Positions 8,405-18,019 of a stretch of DNA of 42,215 nt are shown in pieces. The notes beneath the pieces were generated by a model that was not told the DNA's origin, ran no database searches, and worked only from the letters and a program-made list of their open reading frames with translations. This DNA is from Verrucomicrobiota bacterium (GTDB lineage: Bacteria > Verrucomicrobiota > Verrucomicrobiia > Verrucomicrobiales > DEV007): assembly GCA_045046875.1 (NCBI GenBank), contig JASFYY010000034.1:1-42215 (forward strand), read 5' to 3'. The translations under genes and the position numbers were made by a program. The stretch's first letter is position 1, and each line of letters begins with the position of its first letter.

Positions 8405-9166
8405 ATGAAAATCACCATCATCACCGTTTGCAAAAATGCAGCCACCACTATAGGTGGCTGCATTCGCTCGGTGCAGCAACAGAGCCATGATGATGTCGAA
8501 CACTGGATCATCGACGGCGCATCCGATGATGGAACTCTAGAGGAAATCAAGTCCAGCGGTCACCCTGAAGAATTCCTCATCAGCGAAGCTGACAGCGGAC
8601 AATATGAAGCGATGAACAAAGGCCTCGCTCTCGCCGCTGGTGACGTCATCGGCTTTCTCCACGCCGACGATCTCTACGCCAACCCACACGTGCTAAAAAG
8701 TGTGGCCACCACCCTACAGGATCAAAACACCGACGCCTGTTACGCCGACCTGACCTATGTCGATCCCAGTAATCTCGACCATATCATCCGCTACTGGAAA
8801 TCAGAAGACTACCAAGCGGGCCTATTTCTCAAAGGCTGGATGCTACCCCACCCGACTTTTTTCGCCCGCCGCACCATTTACCAAGAGCTCGGCAACTTCG
8901 ACCTCCAATTCACCATCGGTGCCGACTGGGATCTGCTGCTGCGCTTCATCGAAGTCAATCAAATCCGCACCCAATACGTGCCTGAACTTTGGATCCAAAT
9001 GCGCACCGGCGGAGTCTCCAACCGCAGCCTGTCCAATATCATCAGAAACAACCGCCAATGCTGGAAAGCCTTCGCTAAAAACAAACTCCACCCCAGCCCC
9101 ATCTACCCCTTCTACAAACTCTATCACCGCCTATCCCAGTTCACAAAAAAAACTCCAGACATCTAG
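8405..9166 (+). CDS. GT2 family glycosyltransferase (WcaE/WfgS-like)
   Basis: KITIITV..N, IIDGASDDGT, SEAD.G.YEAMNKGL, FLHADD, PHPTFF, GGVSN. Confidence 0.92.
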   Translation: MKITIITVCKNAATTIGGCIRSVQQQSHDDVEHWIIDGASDDGTLEEIKSSGHPEEFLISEADSGQYEAMNKGLALAAGDVIGFLHADDLYANPHVLKSVATTLQDQNTDACYADLTYVDPSNLDHIIRYWKSEDYQAGLFLKGWMLPHPTFFARRTIYQELGNFDLQFTIGADWDLLLRFIEVNQIRTQYVPELWIQMRTGGVSNRSLSNIIRNNRQCWKAFAKNKLHPSPIYPFYKLYHRLSQFTKKTPDI

Positions 9167-9171
9167 CCTCC

Positions 9172-10344
9172 TCACTCCCCTCCAGGGCTTGCCACCCGAA
9201 CCTCTTCGATAATCTCCCGCCCCTTCCATAAACGCTGAGAACCTTCATCTCTCGCCGACAGAATGCTTCGACCCGTTGTATATAGCACCTCTCCATTAGG
9301 TGAAATATCAAAATCCCCCACTCCAGAAAACAACACCTCACCCACTCCAGACTGTGCACTTACTTTAATCAATTTCCAACTCGAAGGAAAAATAGATTCC
9401 CCCTCCCGTTTGGCATCGTAAGCCTTCAATTGAATCAAGCGCCCCTTGATCCAAGCATGCCGCATATCAACTTCTTTGTTCATTCCCGATGCCGAAGTCT
9501 GCAAAGATTCCTTGGCAAAAATCTGCGTCATCATCTCTAAAAAACCATAGGCAGCTTTCAACAAGCGAAAAGGAAACAATACAAAGTCCTTTAGAATTTC
9601 TAAAGGAGACGCCGAGCGCCCCCCGACCTCATAATCCCTACGGATGCAATAGAGATTGCCCGCATCATCCACTTTTGGTGACAGATAATCATAACGTTCA
9701 TCCGACAAAATCGTCTTTTGAGTTTTCCCATCAAGATCCACCTTTTCAATAGAAGATGGTCCCAAACCTACATGATAACCCGCTTGATTTCTACCGATTC
9801 CTGCGCTTTGATAAACAAAACAGTTTTTTTCACCTGGCACCCAAGAAGGAGATTCGTCTGCCGAATCTCCTTCTGTCAGGAAATCGCAATCAAAACGTTC
9901 ACAACTCAGCAAGGCTATATTTTTCACTGCATCCTGAGCAATAGCGCAAAGCAATTTTGCTTCCCTTGGGTGATGGTCAAGGTCACTTGCCAAAAAGTTT
10001 TCCTTGTGAAAAATCCGGCGCTCTGACTGTTCCCTTAAATCATAACGAAACAATCCGCCCACTGCTTCGGTCGTCAGAATATAATAAACCTCATCATCTT
10101 TGAGTCCCATTGCAGCGCTCTGAATACGTATTTGCTCTCGTGGGTTACCATCCTCAGGCACATTCCAAATATTTAGGGCAAACATCCCTTGCTCCGGCCG
10201 AGTTTGGTTTTTCCACTGATTTTTTTCTCGTAATTTCTCTCCCCGCTCAACCACCTTGGCTCCAAAATCACTATCTATTTCCACCGCATCTCCCTCACCA
10301 TCTTTAAGAAATAAATGACCGTTGCTAATATAGAGGTGCTTCAT
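9172..10344 (-). CDS. Hypothetical protein with TolB/PD40-like beta-propeller repeats
   Basis: LTEGDSADESPSWVP, YDYLSPKVD, DFDISPNGEVLY; ATG 10344 preferred over TTG 10362; more AT-rich than neighbours. Confidence 0.65.
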   Translation of the reverse strand: MKHLYISNGHLFLKDGEGDAVEIDSDFGAKVVERGEKLREKNQWKNQTRPEQGMFALNIWNVPEDGNPREQIRIQSAAMGLKDDEVYYILTTEAVGGLFRYDLREQSERRIFHKENFLASDLDHHPREAKLLCAIAQDAVKNIALLSCERFDCDFLTEGDSADESPSWVPGEKNCFVYQSAGIGRNQAGYHVGLGPSSIEKVDLDGKTQKTILSDERYDYLSPKVDDAGNLYCIRRDYEVGGRSASPLEILKDFVLFPFRLLKAAYGFLEMMTQIFAKESLQTSASGMNKEVDMRHAWIKGRLIQLKAYDAKREGESIFPSSWKLIKVSAQSGVGEVLFSGVGDFDISPNGEVLYTTGRSILSARDEGSQRLWKGREIIEEVRVASPGGE

Positions 10345-10449
10345 AAAGTAGAGTGTATTCAATAGGCCTCACAGCAATGAGACTAACACTAGGAATTTTA
10401 CAAAACAGCAAGGCTGTAGGTCAATCATCGAATCCAATAAAAACCCCCC

Positions 10450-11913
10450 TCACCCAAAAACCTCCTTGATCACTTCCCCTCCGAAGTTCGTCGGGATCTC
10501 ATCGCGGTTATTGTGTTTGTAGGTCAACTTGTATTGATCCAATCCCAGCGCATGCAACATCGTCGCATGGAGATCCGAAGGCGAGACCGGACGTTCAACC
10601 GGAACGTAACCCAGATCGTCCGTCGCCCCTATCACCTGCCCGCCCTTCACTCCACCTCCAGCCATCCACATCGTGTATCCGGCAGGCGAATGGTCTCGTC
10701 CCCTTTTATCACGTGCCGGACTGCCTTCCGTAGTTGGCGTGCGACCAAATTCCCCGCCCCACACCACCAGCGTTTCTTCCAACAAACCCCGCTGTTTCAA
10801 ATCCTTCAGCAAAGCTGCGACCGGACGATCAGTCGCTTTTGCCCGTGCCAGATGGTTGCTCTTCAAACTGCCGTGTGCATCCCATCCTCCATTTCTCAAC
10901 TGAATACACCGCACCCCTTTTTCTATCAACCGCCGCGCGGTCAAACATTGCCTGCCAAACTCCGCACAAGCCTTGTTATCCAAACCATAAAGCTCACGGG
11001 TTGCCTTTGATTCAACCGACAGGTCAAAAACTTCTGGTGCCGATGATTGCATCCGGTAGCCCAATTCATAAGAAGCGATCCTCGCCTCCAACTCTGAATC
11101 CTGGCCAATTTTATTCAGATTTTTTTCATTCATCCACTTTATAAATTTCAATTGCTGCCGCCTTTTGCCTCCGCTGTAACTCTTGGGCATTTGAGTATAG
11201 GGAACGCCCGCCTTGCCATCGACCAAAGTGCCCTGGTAACGCGAGGGAAGAAAACCCGGCCCCCAACCGGGTCGCTGCGGCGCCGGCCCTGATGAATTCG
11301 AAAGCATCACTACAAAACCGGGCAAGTTGCGGCTCTCACTGCCCAAACCATAAGTCATCCACGCCCCCATGCTCGGACGGTCGCCGATCGGCGAACCGGT
11401 CAAGGCAATGCACTCCCCCGGACCATGCACGGGAATGCGGTGATTCATCGAGCGGATCACGCATATATCATCCACACAGCGCGCGGTTTCAGAAAACAGT
11501 TCAGACACTTCAATGCCACTCTCCCCGTATTTTTTAAATTTGAAGGGAGACGCCATCAATTTGGAGTTCACCCCCGAACGAGGAATCTTCGGAACATTAA
11601 CCGCAATGCTCTCAGGCACCGGCTGTTCGTCCAGTTTTTGCAACAAAGGTTTGGGATCCCAGGTGTCCGTTTGGCCAGGACCTCCACTCATATAGAGAAA
11701 AATAACATTTTTCGCCCGCGCCGGAAGGTGAGGTCCACCTGGCAGTGCCCGGGGACTTTCTGCGGCAGATAACAACCCGTCATCAGCCAACATCGCCGTC
11801 AGTGCCACCGAACCAAAACCCAGCGTTCCCTGTTGCAACATGGCGCGCCGAGTCAGCTGCTGCTTGAACATCGAACCGGCATAATGATCAACATCGTTTT
11901 TCATAATATTCAT
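10450..11913 (-). CDS. DUF1501 protein (Tat-type signal)
   Basis: [62 protein letters not shown]. Confidence 0.95.
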   Translation of the reverse strand: MNIMKNDVDHYAGSMFKQQLTRRAMLQQGTLGFGSVALTAMLADDGLLSAAESPRALPGGPHLPARAKNVIFLYMSGGPGQTDTWDPKPLLQKLDEQPVPESIAVNVPKIPRSGVNSKLMASPFKFKKYGESGIEVSELFSETARCVDDICVIRSMNHRIPVHGPGECIALTGSPIGDRPSMGAWMTYGLGSESRNLPGFVVMLSNSSGPAPQRPGWGPGFLPSRYQGTLVDGKAGVPYTQMPKSYSGGKRRQQLKFIKWMNEKNLNKIGQDSELEARIASYELGYRMQSSAPEVFDLSVESKATRELYGLDNKACAEFGRQCLTARRLIEKGVRCIQLRNGGWDAHGSLKSNHLARAKATDRPVAALLKDLKQRGLLEETLVVWGGEFGRTPTTEGSPARDKRGRDHSPAGYTMWMAGGGVKGGQVIGATDDLGYVPVERPVSPSDLHATMLHALGLDQYKLTYKHNNRDEIPTNFGGEVIKEVFG

Positions 11914-14900
11914 GGGATATAAACAAACTCATTCACATTCAATAAAGCCAGGCAAAGACGAACCAGAGCATCCTCATGCTCTGCTTTTACAACATCCAGA
12001 AAGGCCTTGCCGCTCTTCAACTCCTCCGCATCCGGCCTCCTGCCCAAGGTTCTGAGGAATAATATCTCAACTTGCGAGTCAAGCTCAGCACCCGCCAAAC
12101 TCTTCACTTTGTCTGCCAAAGCCTGTGCCCGGTGTGACATGAATTCGCTGTTCAGCAAATACAAAGGCTGCAGCGCCACCGTCGATACCCCACGCGCCGA
12201 ACAACTGGACACATTCTCCGGACCATCAAACATCTTCATCACCGGCGGCATCTCACTGCGCCGCTGGGTGAGATAAACCGTGCGCCGCAATTCGCTCTCC
12301 TCACGTTCCACGGGAATACTCGGCCCGCCAATTGTGACATCCAACTCCCCCGTTGCCACTAACACCGAATCGCGAATCGCTTCCGCCTGCAAACGGCGCC
12401 TCGGCCAATTCCACAACAAACGGTTTTCAGGGTCGAGGGCGGCATTTTTTGAATCATGTTTGCGCACTTGCTGATAGGTACTCGACATCACGATCAAACG
12501 GTGAATGTGCTTGCTGCTCCATTGATGATCCATCAATTCCGCCGCCAACCAATCCAACAAACGAGGATGAGTGGGTTTGGCTCCCTGGGTTCCAAAATCA
12601 CTGGCCGTCGAAACGATGCCCTCTCCAAAATGATATTGCCACAAGCGATTCACCCACACCCGTGACACCAAAGGATTGGCTGGACTCGCCATCCAGTCAG
12701 CGAGAGCCACCCGCGGCCTTTCCCCCAAAGAGTCCGGAGTCTTGCCCAATACCACCGGCCAGCCGCTATCGAGCTGAGGCCCGGGTTTGGAAACATCTCC
12801 ACGGATAAGCAAGCGCGCACGCACCTGTTTTAATTGCTCTGGCTGATAGTGAATCGGATCACGGTTCACTACCGGCATACGGGTCACCCCGCCATCTCCT
12901 GTCGCCGGTGAATAAAAACCCCAGGTATGCGCTTTTTCACTTTCAGCAAACAAACCTCTTTTAACCAACTTCTTCGCTTCACGCTGATAAAAGGCATAAG
13001 CACCCTTGGACATCCACGACTCGAGATCCCGTGGGGCATAAGCTTTTGCAGTCTGCAATGACAGGTTTCCCAACTGCCCCTTCACAAAAAAGGCCTGCAA
13101 ACGATAATAATCCCGCTGACTCAAAGGGTCAAACTTATGGTTATGGCACTGGGCACACGCCATCGTCAAACCCAATACCGCGCTGCCGGTCGCATTCACC
13201 ATGTCCACCAACACGTCATTGCGCTGCGCCGCTTTATCCATGTTATTGCCGCTGATCCGCGCCGCCGCAAGGAATCCGGTGGCAATGATATTTTCATCCG
13301 CATAAGGCTGCATTTCATCCCCGGCGATCTGTTCTTTCAAAAAACGATCGTAAGGTTTATCCCGGTTAAAACTATCAATCACATACTCCCGGTAACGCCA
13401 GGCAAAAGGGCGCGGGATATCATGCTGGTAACCATGACTCTCCGCCCAACGCGCCAGATCCAGCCAGTAACGCCCCCAGCGTTCACCGTAGTGCGGTGAG
13501 TCCAGCAATCGATCGACCAATTTTCGATAAGCTTCCGAAGAGCTATCATTCACAAAACGCTCAATCTCCTGTGCTGTCGGTGGCAGCCCGATCAAATCCA
13601 GGGACAAGCGCCGGATCAAAGTGCGCCGCGAAGCTTCACCCGCAGGCATGATCCCTTTCGCTTCTTGTTTGGCGGCAATGAAAACATCCACCGCAGTCTT
13701 CACCCAGGTTTTGTTTTCCACCTCCGGCACCAGCGGGCGCGACACCGCTTGAAAGGCCCAGTGATCTGACTTCCCATTAGGCTCTGGCAACAGCTTGTCA
13801 TCCCACTGAAACCCCTGGTCGATCCATGCCATCAACAAGGCGATTTCCCGCTCGTTCAAAGCTTCTCCCTCCCCGTCAGGCGGCATAAGTTTTTCAACAT
13901 CTTTAGCCGCCACATGTTCGATCAATTTGCTCTCAAGACTTTTCCCCGGCACCAACAAAGGCTCCCCCGTGCTGAACCCAAGCAGCTCACTTTTCACATC
14001 CAGTCGATACCCCGACTCGGGATTCTCTCCCTTGTGACACTCAAAACAACGCTTCTTCAACAAGGGGAAAACGTCCCTTGCAAAATTTACCGGCTGATCC
14101 CAGGCCTGGGCTGGCAGGCGCAAATGGCTCTTTGTCAGTTGATCATCCTGCTCAGGTGACGCTGGATTCAACACCCCCTCCCAGCTGCGACTCAAAACCA
14201 GATCATTGACAAAAATCTGATCACTTTTTTCCGTCTTGCGACCAGTCGCAAAACCCACCCATCTGACAAAACTCACACTGCGTGGATGTTTGATCGAAGC
14301 CGCCGGTTGATCCAGATCCGCCAATTGGGGGTCCACCCACAAAGCAAGCTGATCATAATCCGCCCGGGGTGAATCCTCACTTTTACGCAAGCGCGCCACC
14401 ACTTGATAACTCCGCCCTCGTTGCAGTTCCACCGTGCTCCAGGCCGTATGACTCGGCCCGATGCGAACGATGAACACCACCTTGCCCTTTTTCGGCCCCT
14501 GATCCGCCACGTGTATGCCAATGTTCGGCACGTGATCCCCGTGAGTCGCCCGGTCTCCGCCATCAAGCCGGTCCAACCACATCACAAAAAACTCACTCTG
14601 ATCTTCAGCCTTCTTATCAGGATCATAACGAAACTGAAAACGCACAAACAACTCCCGTTCTCGATAAGATTGCGCTAATTCCCGCCGCATCGGATTATTG
14701 CGCCGCGTCGTCCCACTGATCAACACCTCGCGACCTTCGCCCTCGGCATCCACCAAAGTCGCAGGATTCAGCGCCGATAATCTCCACGGTGCCCGCCAAC
14801 CATAACCCGACTTATCCGGAACCCCTGCCGCACCATCAAAAAAATCACCCGCCACCCTATCCTGCCCAAACGCCCCAATCGAGACCGCAAGAAAAAGCCC

Positions 14901-14960
14901 CAAGGTCAACAAAGGTATCAGCGCCCGTCCTACTCTCATAACTCTAAAATCACTCATCAT
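11910..14960 (-). CDS. Planctomycete cytochrome c + PSCyt2 (DUF1549) + PSD1 (DUF1553) protein with an extra N-terminal beta-rich domain
   Basis: Heme motifs CFECH and [68 protein letters not shown]. Confidence 0.95.
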   Translation of the reverse strand: MMSDFRVMRVGRALIPLLTLGLFLAVSIGAFGQDRVAGDFFDGAAGVPDKSGYGWRAPWRLSALNPATLVDAEGEGREVLISGTTRRNNPMRRELAQSYRERELFVRFQFRYDPDKKAEDQSEFFVMWLDRLDGGDRATHGDHVPNIGIHVADQGPKKGKVVFIVRIGPSHTAWSTVELQRGRSYQVVARLRKSEDSPRADYDQLALWVDPQLADLDQPAASIKHPRSVSFVRWVGFATGRKTEKSDQIFVNDLVLSRSWEGVLNPASPEQDDQLTKSHLRLPAQAWDQPVNFARDVFPLLKKRCFECHKGENPESGYRLDVKSELLGFSTGEPLLVPGKSLESKLIEHVAAKDVEKLMPPDGEGEALNEREIALLMAWIDQGFQWDDKLLPEPNGKSDHWAFQAVSRPLVPEVENKTWVKTAVDVFIAAKQEAKGIMPAGEASRRTLIRRLSLDLIGLPPTAQEIERFVNDSSSEAYRKLVDRLLDSPHYGERWGRYWLDLARWAESHGYQHDIPRPFAWRYREYVIDSFNRDKPYDRFLKEQIAGDEMQPYADENIIATGFLAAARISGNNMDKAAQRNDVLVDMVNATGSAVLGLTMACAQCHNHKFDPLSQRDYYRLQAFFVKGQLGNLSLQTAKAYAPRDLESWMSKGAYAFYQREAKKLVKRGLFAESEKAHTWGFYSPATGDGGVTRMPVVNRDPIHYQPEQLKQVRARLLIRGDVSKPGPQLDSGWPVVLGKTPDSLGERPRVALADWMASPANPLVSRVWVNRLWQYHFGEGIVSTASDFGTQGAKPTHPRLLDWLAAELMDHQWSSKHIHRLIVMSSTYQQVRKHDSKNAALDPENRLLWNWPRRRLQAEAIRDSVLVATGELDVTIGGPSIPVEREESELRRTVYLTQRRSEMPPVMKMFDGPENVSSCSARGVSTVALQPLYLLNSEFMSHRAQALADKVKSLAGAELDSQVEILFLRTLGRRPDAEELKSGKAFLDVVKAEHEDALVRLCLALLNVNEFVYIP

Positions 14961-14962
14961 TT

Positions 14963-16624
14963 TTATTCTTCCCCCTTCACTTCCACCACCGCTTCCACCG
15001 CAGCCGACAAAGTTTTAGCTACGCTGAACCCATAAACCAACAATTCGTCACTCACTTCGGTGTAAAGACCCATGCGCAGCCCAATATAACGAAATTCAGC
15101 CGTGCCACCCTTTGATCTCTCCGGGCCCACACTACTCGCATCTGGTTCAGGCTCACTTCCTGCTCCCACCACAGGATCCACCCACAGCGCAATCCTTGCT
15201 TTACCCAGCTTTTCATCCCAGACATAGTGACCCGCCAATACAAACTCCTCGCCATCCACGGGGCGCCCAGCGATCGCCACATGCTCACGATGCAAGCGGG
15301 CAAAGTAGCGACCCTCTCGAATGCCAATCGTAGGCACATCCGTATGCGTAGCATCCTCGCGTCCGTGCACATCAATCCACAGAGCAAAAAAATCCTTGTC
15401 ATCCAAACCTCGGTAACGCGCACGAATAGCAAAATAATAGTCATCTGGCAAAACCTCCGCCAACTGACGCCTCACCCGGTTAGCCACAGAAGGTTCAGCT
15501 TTAGCCCTCCCCCTAACCAACAAATAGCCTCCCGCCTTCTCCTTACCTGAATGAGATCTAATTGTCGGAATCATCCGGGTGAAAGCATGATCGATCATCC
15601 ACGGATTTTTACCAAAGCCCATACCCCACAGAGTCCCATCTAAAACTCCTCGCCCCAAGGTGAAATCCTGCCAGGCAATTTTTTCTCCACCACTTGCAGG
15701 TTTATAAGCCAGCGCGCCTTTCGGTTTTAAATTTCCAGATGAATCCCCCAGGTCATTCTTACCCGCAATCGCCAATAACTGCTCCAAAGCCGGTGGCTCG
15801 ACAAACAAAGACGGATCGTTCTCTATCTCGCTGCCTGCAATCGCATTCGCGACAAAGCGCCGCGCCTGCCCTTCCACTAACAACTCCCCTCCCTTTTCAC
15901 CTTTCCCCTTCACCGAAATTTCTCCCTCGAACACATGCACATCGGTGTGCCCTTGTCCATCCACCGATGTTGCAAAACGTGTTCCCAAATCGACAATTTC
16001 AATCTCCGGAGTGATCAGTTTAAAACCAATCGCCTCCTCTGGTGCATAGGCACTCACCTTGCCATGAATGACCCTCACTTCTTGCTCGGACACTAATTCC
16101 ACAGTTGCCGGCCCCTCTAATGCCAACCCGGCATTGCCGTTCATCGCCAGACGCGCGATGCCTGATTTTACCCGCAAAGCCGCTCCACGTTCAAAAGGGT
16201 GACCAAAAAAATGCACCTCTCCATCACTTGCCTGCCAAATGCAATCCTCACTATCGATCAACACCGCAACGATATCTTTTTTCACGTCTACCCCCCCTGT
16301 CCTCTCATCTAATCCCATCACTGCCAGCACCCCCAATAACAAAGTCACACAAGCCGCCAGCATCAATCCCGCACCAGTGAACATCGACGACATCCTACTC
16401 TTTTCATGCCCAGAAAAATCAATCACCCGATCACAGTCAACCTTCCCCTTGCCCTGAAGATTGAGCTGACAGGATAACATCTCATCCATTTCCACCATAT
16501 CCAAATATCTGACAATGCGAGCCTCATCCCCCTTCATCCCCTCACCCAAAGACCGCAAAGTCTCTCCAGACTGATCCCCGTCCAAAACATCCCTCAACAA
16601 ACTGTCAAACTCCTCGTTTTTCAT
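14963..16624 (-). CDS. FecR-like transmembrane anti-sigma factor with a C-terminal sensor domain
   Basis: N-terminal helical domain, single TM (LMLAACVTLLLGVLAV), FecR motifs LEGPA, IVDLGTRF, DVHVFEGEI; overlaps the sigma gene by 4 bp. Confidence 0.88.
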   Translation of the reverse strand: MKNEEFDSLLRDVLDGDQSGETLRSLGEGMKGDEARIVRYLDMVEMDEMLSCQLNLQGKGKVDCDRVIDFSGHEKSRMSSMFTGAGLMLAACVTLLLGVLAVMGLDERTGGVDVKKDIVAVLIDSEDCIWQASDGEVHFFGHPFERGAALRVKSGIARLAMNGNAGLALEGPATVELVSEQEVRVIHGKVSAYAPEEAIGFKLITPEIEIVDLGTRFATSVDGQGHTDVHVFEGEISVKGKGEKGGELLVEGQARRFVANAIAGSEIENDPSLFVEPPALEQLLAIAGKNDLGDSSGNLKPKGALAYKPASGGEKIAWQDFTLGRGVLDGTLWGMGFGKNPWMIDHAFTRMIPTIRSHSGKEKAGGYLLVRGRAKAEPSVANRVRRQLAEVLPDDYYFAIRARYRGLDDKDFFALWIDVHGREDATHTDVPTIGIREGRYFARLHREHVAIAGRPVDGEEFVLAGHYVWDEKLGKARIALWVDPVVGAGSEPEPDASSVGPERSKGGTAEFRYIGLRMGLYTEVSDELLVYGFSVAKTLSAAVEAVVEVKGEE

Positions 16625-17199
16625 TCTTCACTCAAATCCCATTCGTGTTTTTTAGTGTTCATTCGTGGTTCCACACATTTCACCAACCCCTGACGCGCCC
16701 GGTACAAAGTCATCGAAATCGCATCCACCGAGCGTCCCATCAAAGCCGCGATATTAATCACCGATGCCCCCTCCATATAACGCAACTCCACCATCCGCCG
16801 CTGCCCCTGCGGCAACTTCTTGATGCACCCATTCAAGACCTCCAAGCGCTGTTCAAAACTCTCACTGCGCAACTGCGCTTGTTGTGAGATCTGCTCCACC
16901 AATTCTTCATCAAAAGGAACCCATTGATCCTTATACTGCTTTCTAAGATGAACCTTCACCAGATTGGCAGCGATTCCACAAGCCCAAGCCATGAATTTCT
17001 TCGTCTGATCAAATTCTTCCCGCTTCCGCCACAACACCAAATTGGTCTCTTGCAGCACATCGCTCGCATCCGCCTCACGCGGTAACAAACTACGAATCAA
17101 AGTCCGCAAACCCGGCTGCGCCTCGGTCACCAACACCACATAGTGCTCGTTCCCATCTCGATTCGACAATGAATTTTCCTCTGATTTTGATCCCGACAT
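16621..17199 (-). CDS. ECF sigma-70 factor, Rhodopirellula/Verrucomicrobium (TIGR02989-like) family
   Basis: DASDVLQETNLVLWRK...F.AWACGIA; L..CI.KLP..QR..VELRY; ISMTLYRARQ.L.KCVE; ATG 17199 (alternative GTG 17211). Confidence 0.92.
   Translation of the reverse strand: MSGSKSEENSLSNRDGNEHYVVLVTEAQPGLRTLIRSLLPREADASDVLQETNLVLWRKREEFDQTKKFMAWACGIAANLVKVHLRKQYKDQWVPFDEELVEQISQQAQLRSESFEQRLEVLNGCIKKLPQGQRRMVELRYMEGASVINIAALMGRSVDAISMTLYRARQGLVKCVEPRMNTKKHEWDLSEE
16641..16670 (+). repeat. Family-A three-unit repeat inside the 3' end of the sigma gene
   Basis: ATTCGTGTTT TTTAGTGTTC ATTCGTGGTT; the minus strand encodes (E)PRMNTKKHE(W). Confidence 0.75.
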
Positions 17200-17301
17200 A
17201 ACAGCTCTCACTGTATTCTTTACAAAAATCGGATAAATCTAACGCTCTTTTTTCATTTTTTTTCGCCGCGTCAAAAAAACGCAGCTAAAACACCCTGCAC
17301 T

Positions 17302-17326
17302 GTAGCGCGACCGCTCCGGCTGCAGC
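17302..17326 (+). repeat. GTAG-type REP-like imperfect palindrome
   Basis: GTAGCGCGACCGCTCCGGCTGCAGC; shares the GTAGCGCG start with 26590. Confidence 0.4.
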
Positions 17327-17431
17327 ACCCCACCTTCCCACCAGACAAGTGAGGCGCTCACCCCACCATTCACCCCCTTCCCCCCCTAAACAACTACAGC
17401 CTAAATTGCTACAGCCTTCCCCTCAAAACTA

Positions 17432-17911
17432 TTAAATCCCAACATACTCCGCATTAACAGAACCAAATTTCACCACTTCTCCTTTTTTGGGAGTTTTATC
17501 AAATTCGTAAGCTGAGTTGCCCAGCATTTTTTCCTTTTGCGTATCGTAGAGCATCACCGTATCAGCCTTCTCCACCGGCACCGCCACGTAACGCGTCTTG
17601 GGTTTTGACTTTGACTTTGCCGACATCTTACTCTTAAATTTAGCCACTCTTTGCCTGGCAAGAGCTTGTTCACGCTCTGTGGCTTTCCTTTTCTCATAAG
17701 AATAAACGATAACAGCAGTGGTCACCCCTACAGCAGTTCCAATGATCGCCGCCTCTGTGGATGAAAGACCAATGCCACGGGCAATCGCTCCCGAAGAAAT
17801 ACCGCCTATCCCGGATGCCGAGGGAGCTTTGGTAACGCAGGAGGTAAGAGCGAGTGAGGCAAAAATACTCGAAACTACAATTCTATTGAAAATAAGGTTC
17901 ATATAGGACAA
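17432..17911 (-). CDS. Hypothetical lipoprotein with a glycine-zipper-like segment
   Basis: Lipobox LTSC; GIGGISSGAIARGIG...AAIIGTAVG; basic C-terminal domain. Confidence 0.75.
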   Translation of the reverse strand: MSYMNLIFNRIVVSSIFASLALTSCVTKAPSASGIGGISSGAIARGIGLSSTEAAIIGTAVGVTTAVIVYSYEKRKATEREQALARQRVAKFKSKMSAKSKSKPKTRYVAVPVEKADTVMLYDTQKEKMLGNSAYEFDKTPKKGEVVKFGSVNAEYVGI

Positions 17912-18019
17912 ATCGAATCATATGGGAAAGGCTCTGCCAATAGCGCCCTCCCCGCCCCCCCTTATTCTCCCTTATCATTTAACATTTAACGCTCTCCTCA
18001 TTCTTTCAAAACTTCTCCC

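Noticed and set aside
8344..8550. Cys-rich N-terminal extension of the DUF1080 ORF
   Set aside because: Overlaps the GT2 gene on the opposite strand; the signal peptide starts at ATG 8343.
17393..17416. Recurrent CTACAGCC octamer (also near 10412 reverse, 20906, 26547, 31043, 40546) as a regulator site
   Set aside because: Too short, inconsistent position relative to starts, and one copy is in coding sequence; may be decayed heptamer repeats or chance.
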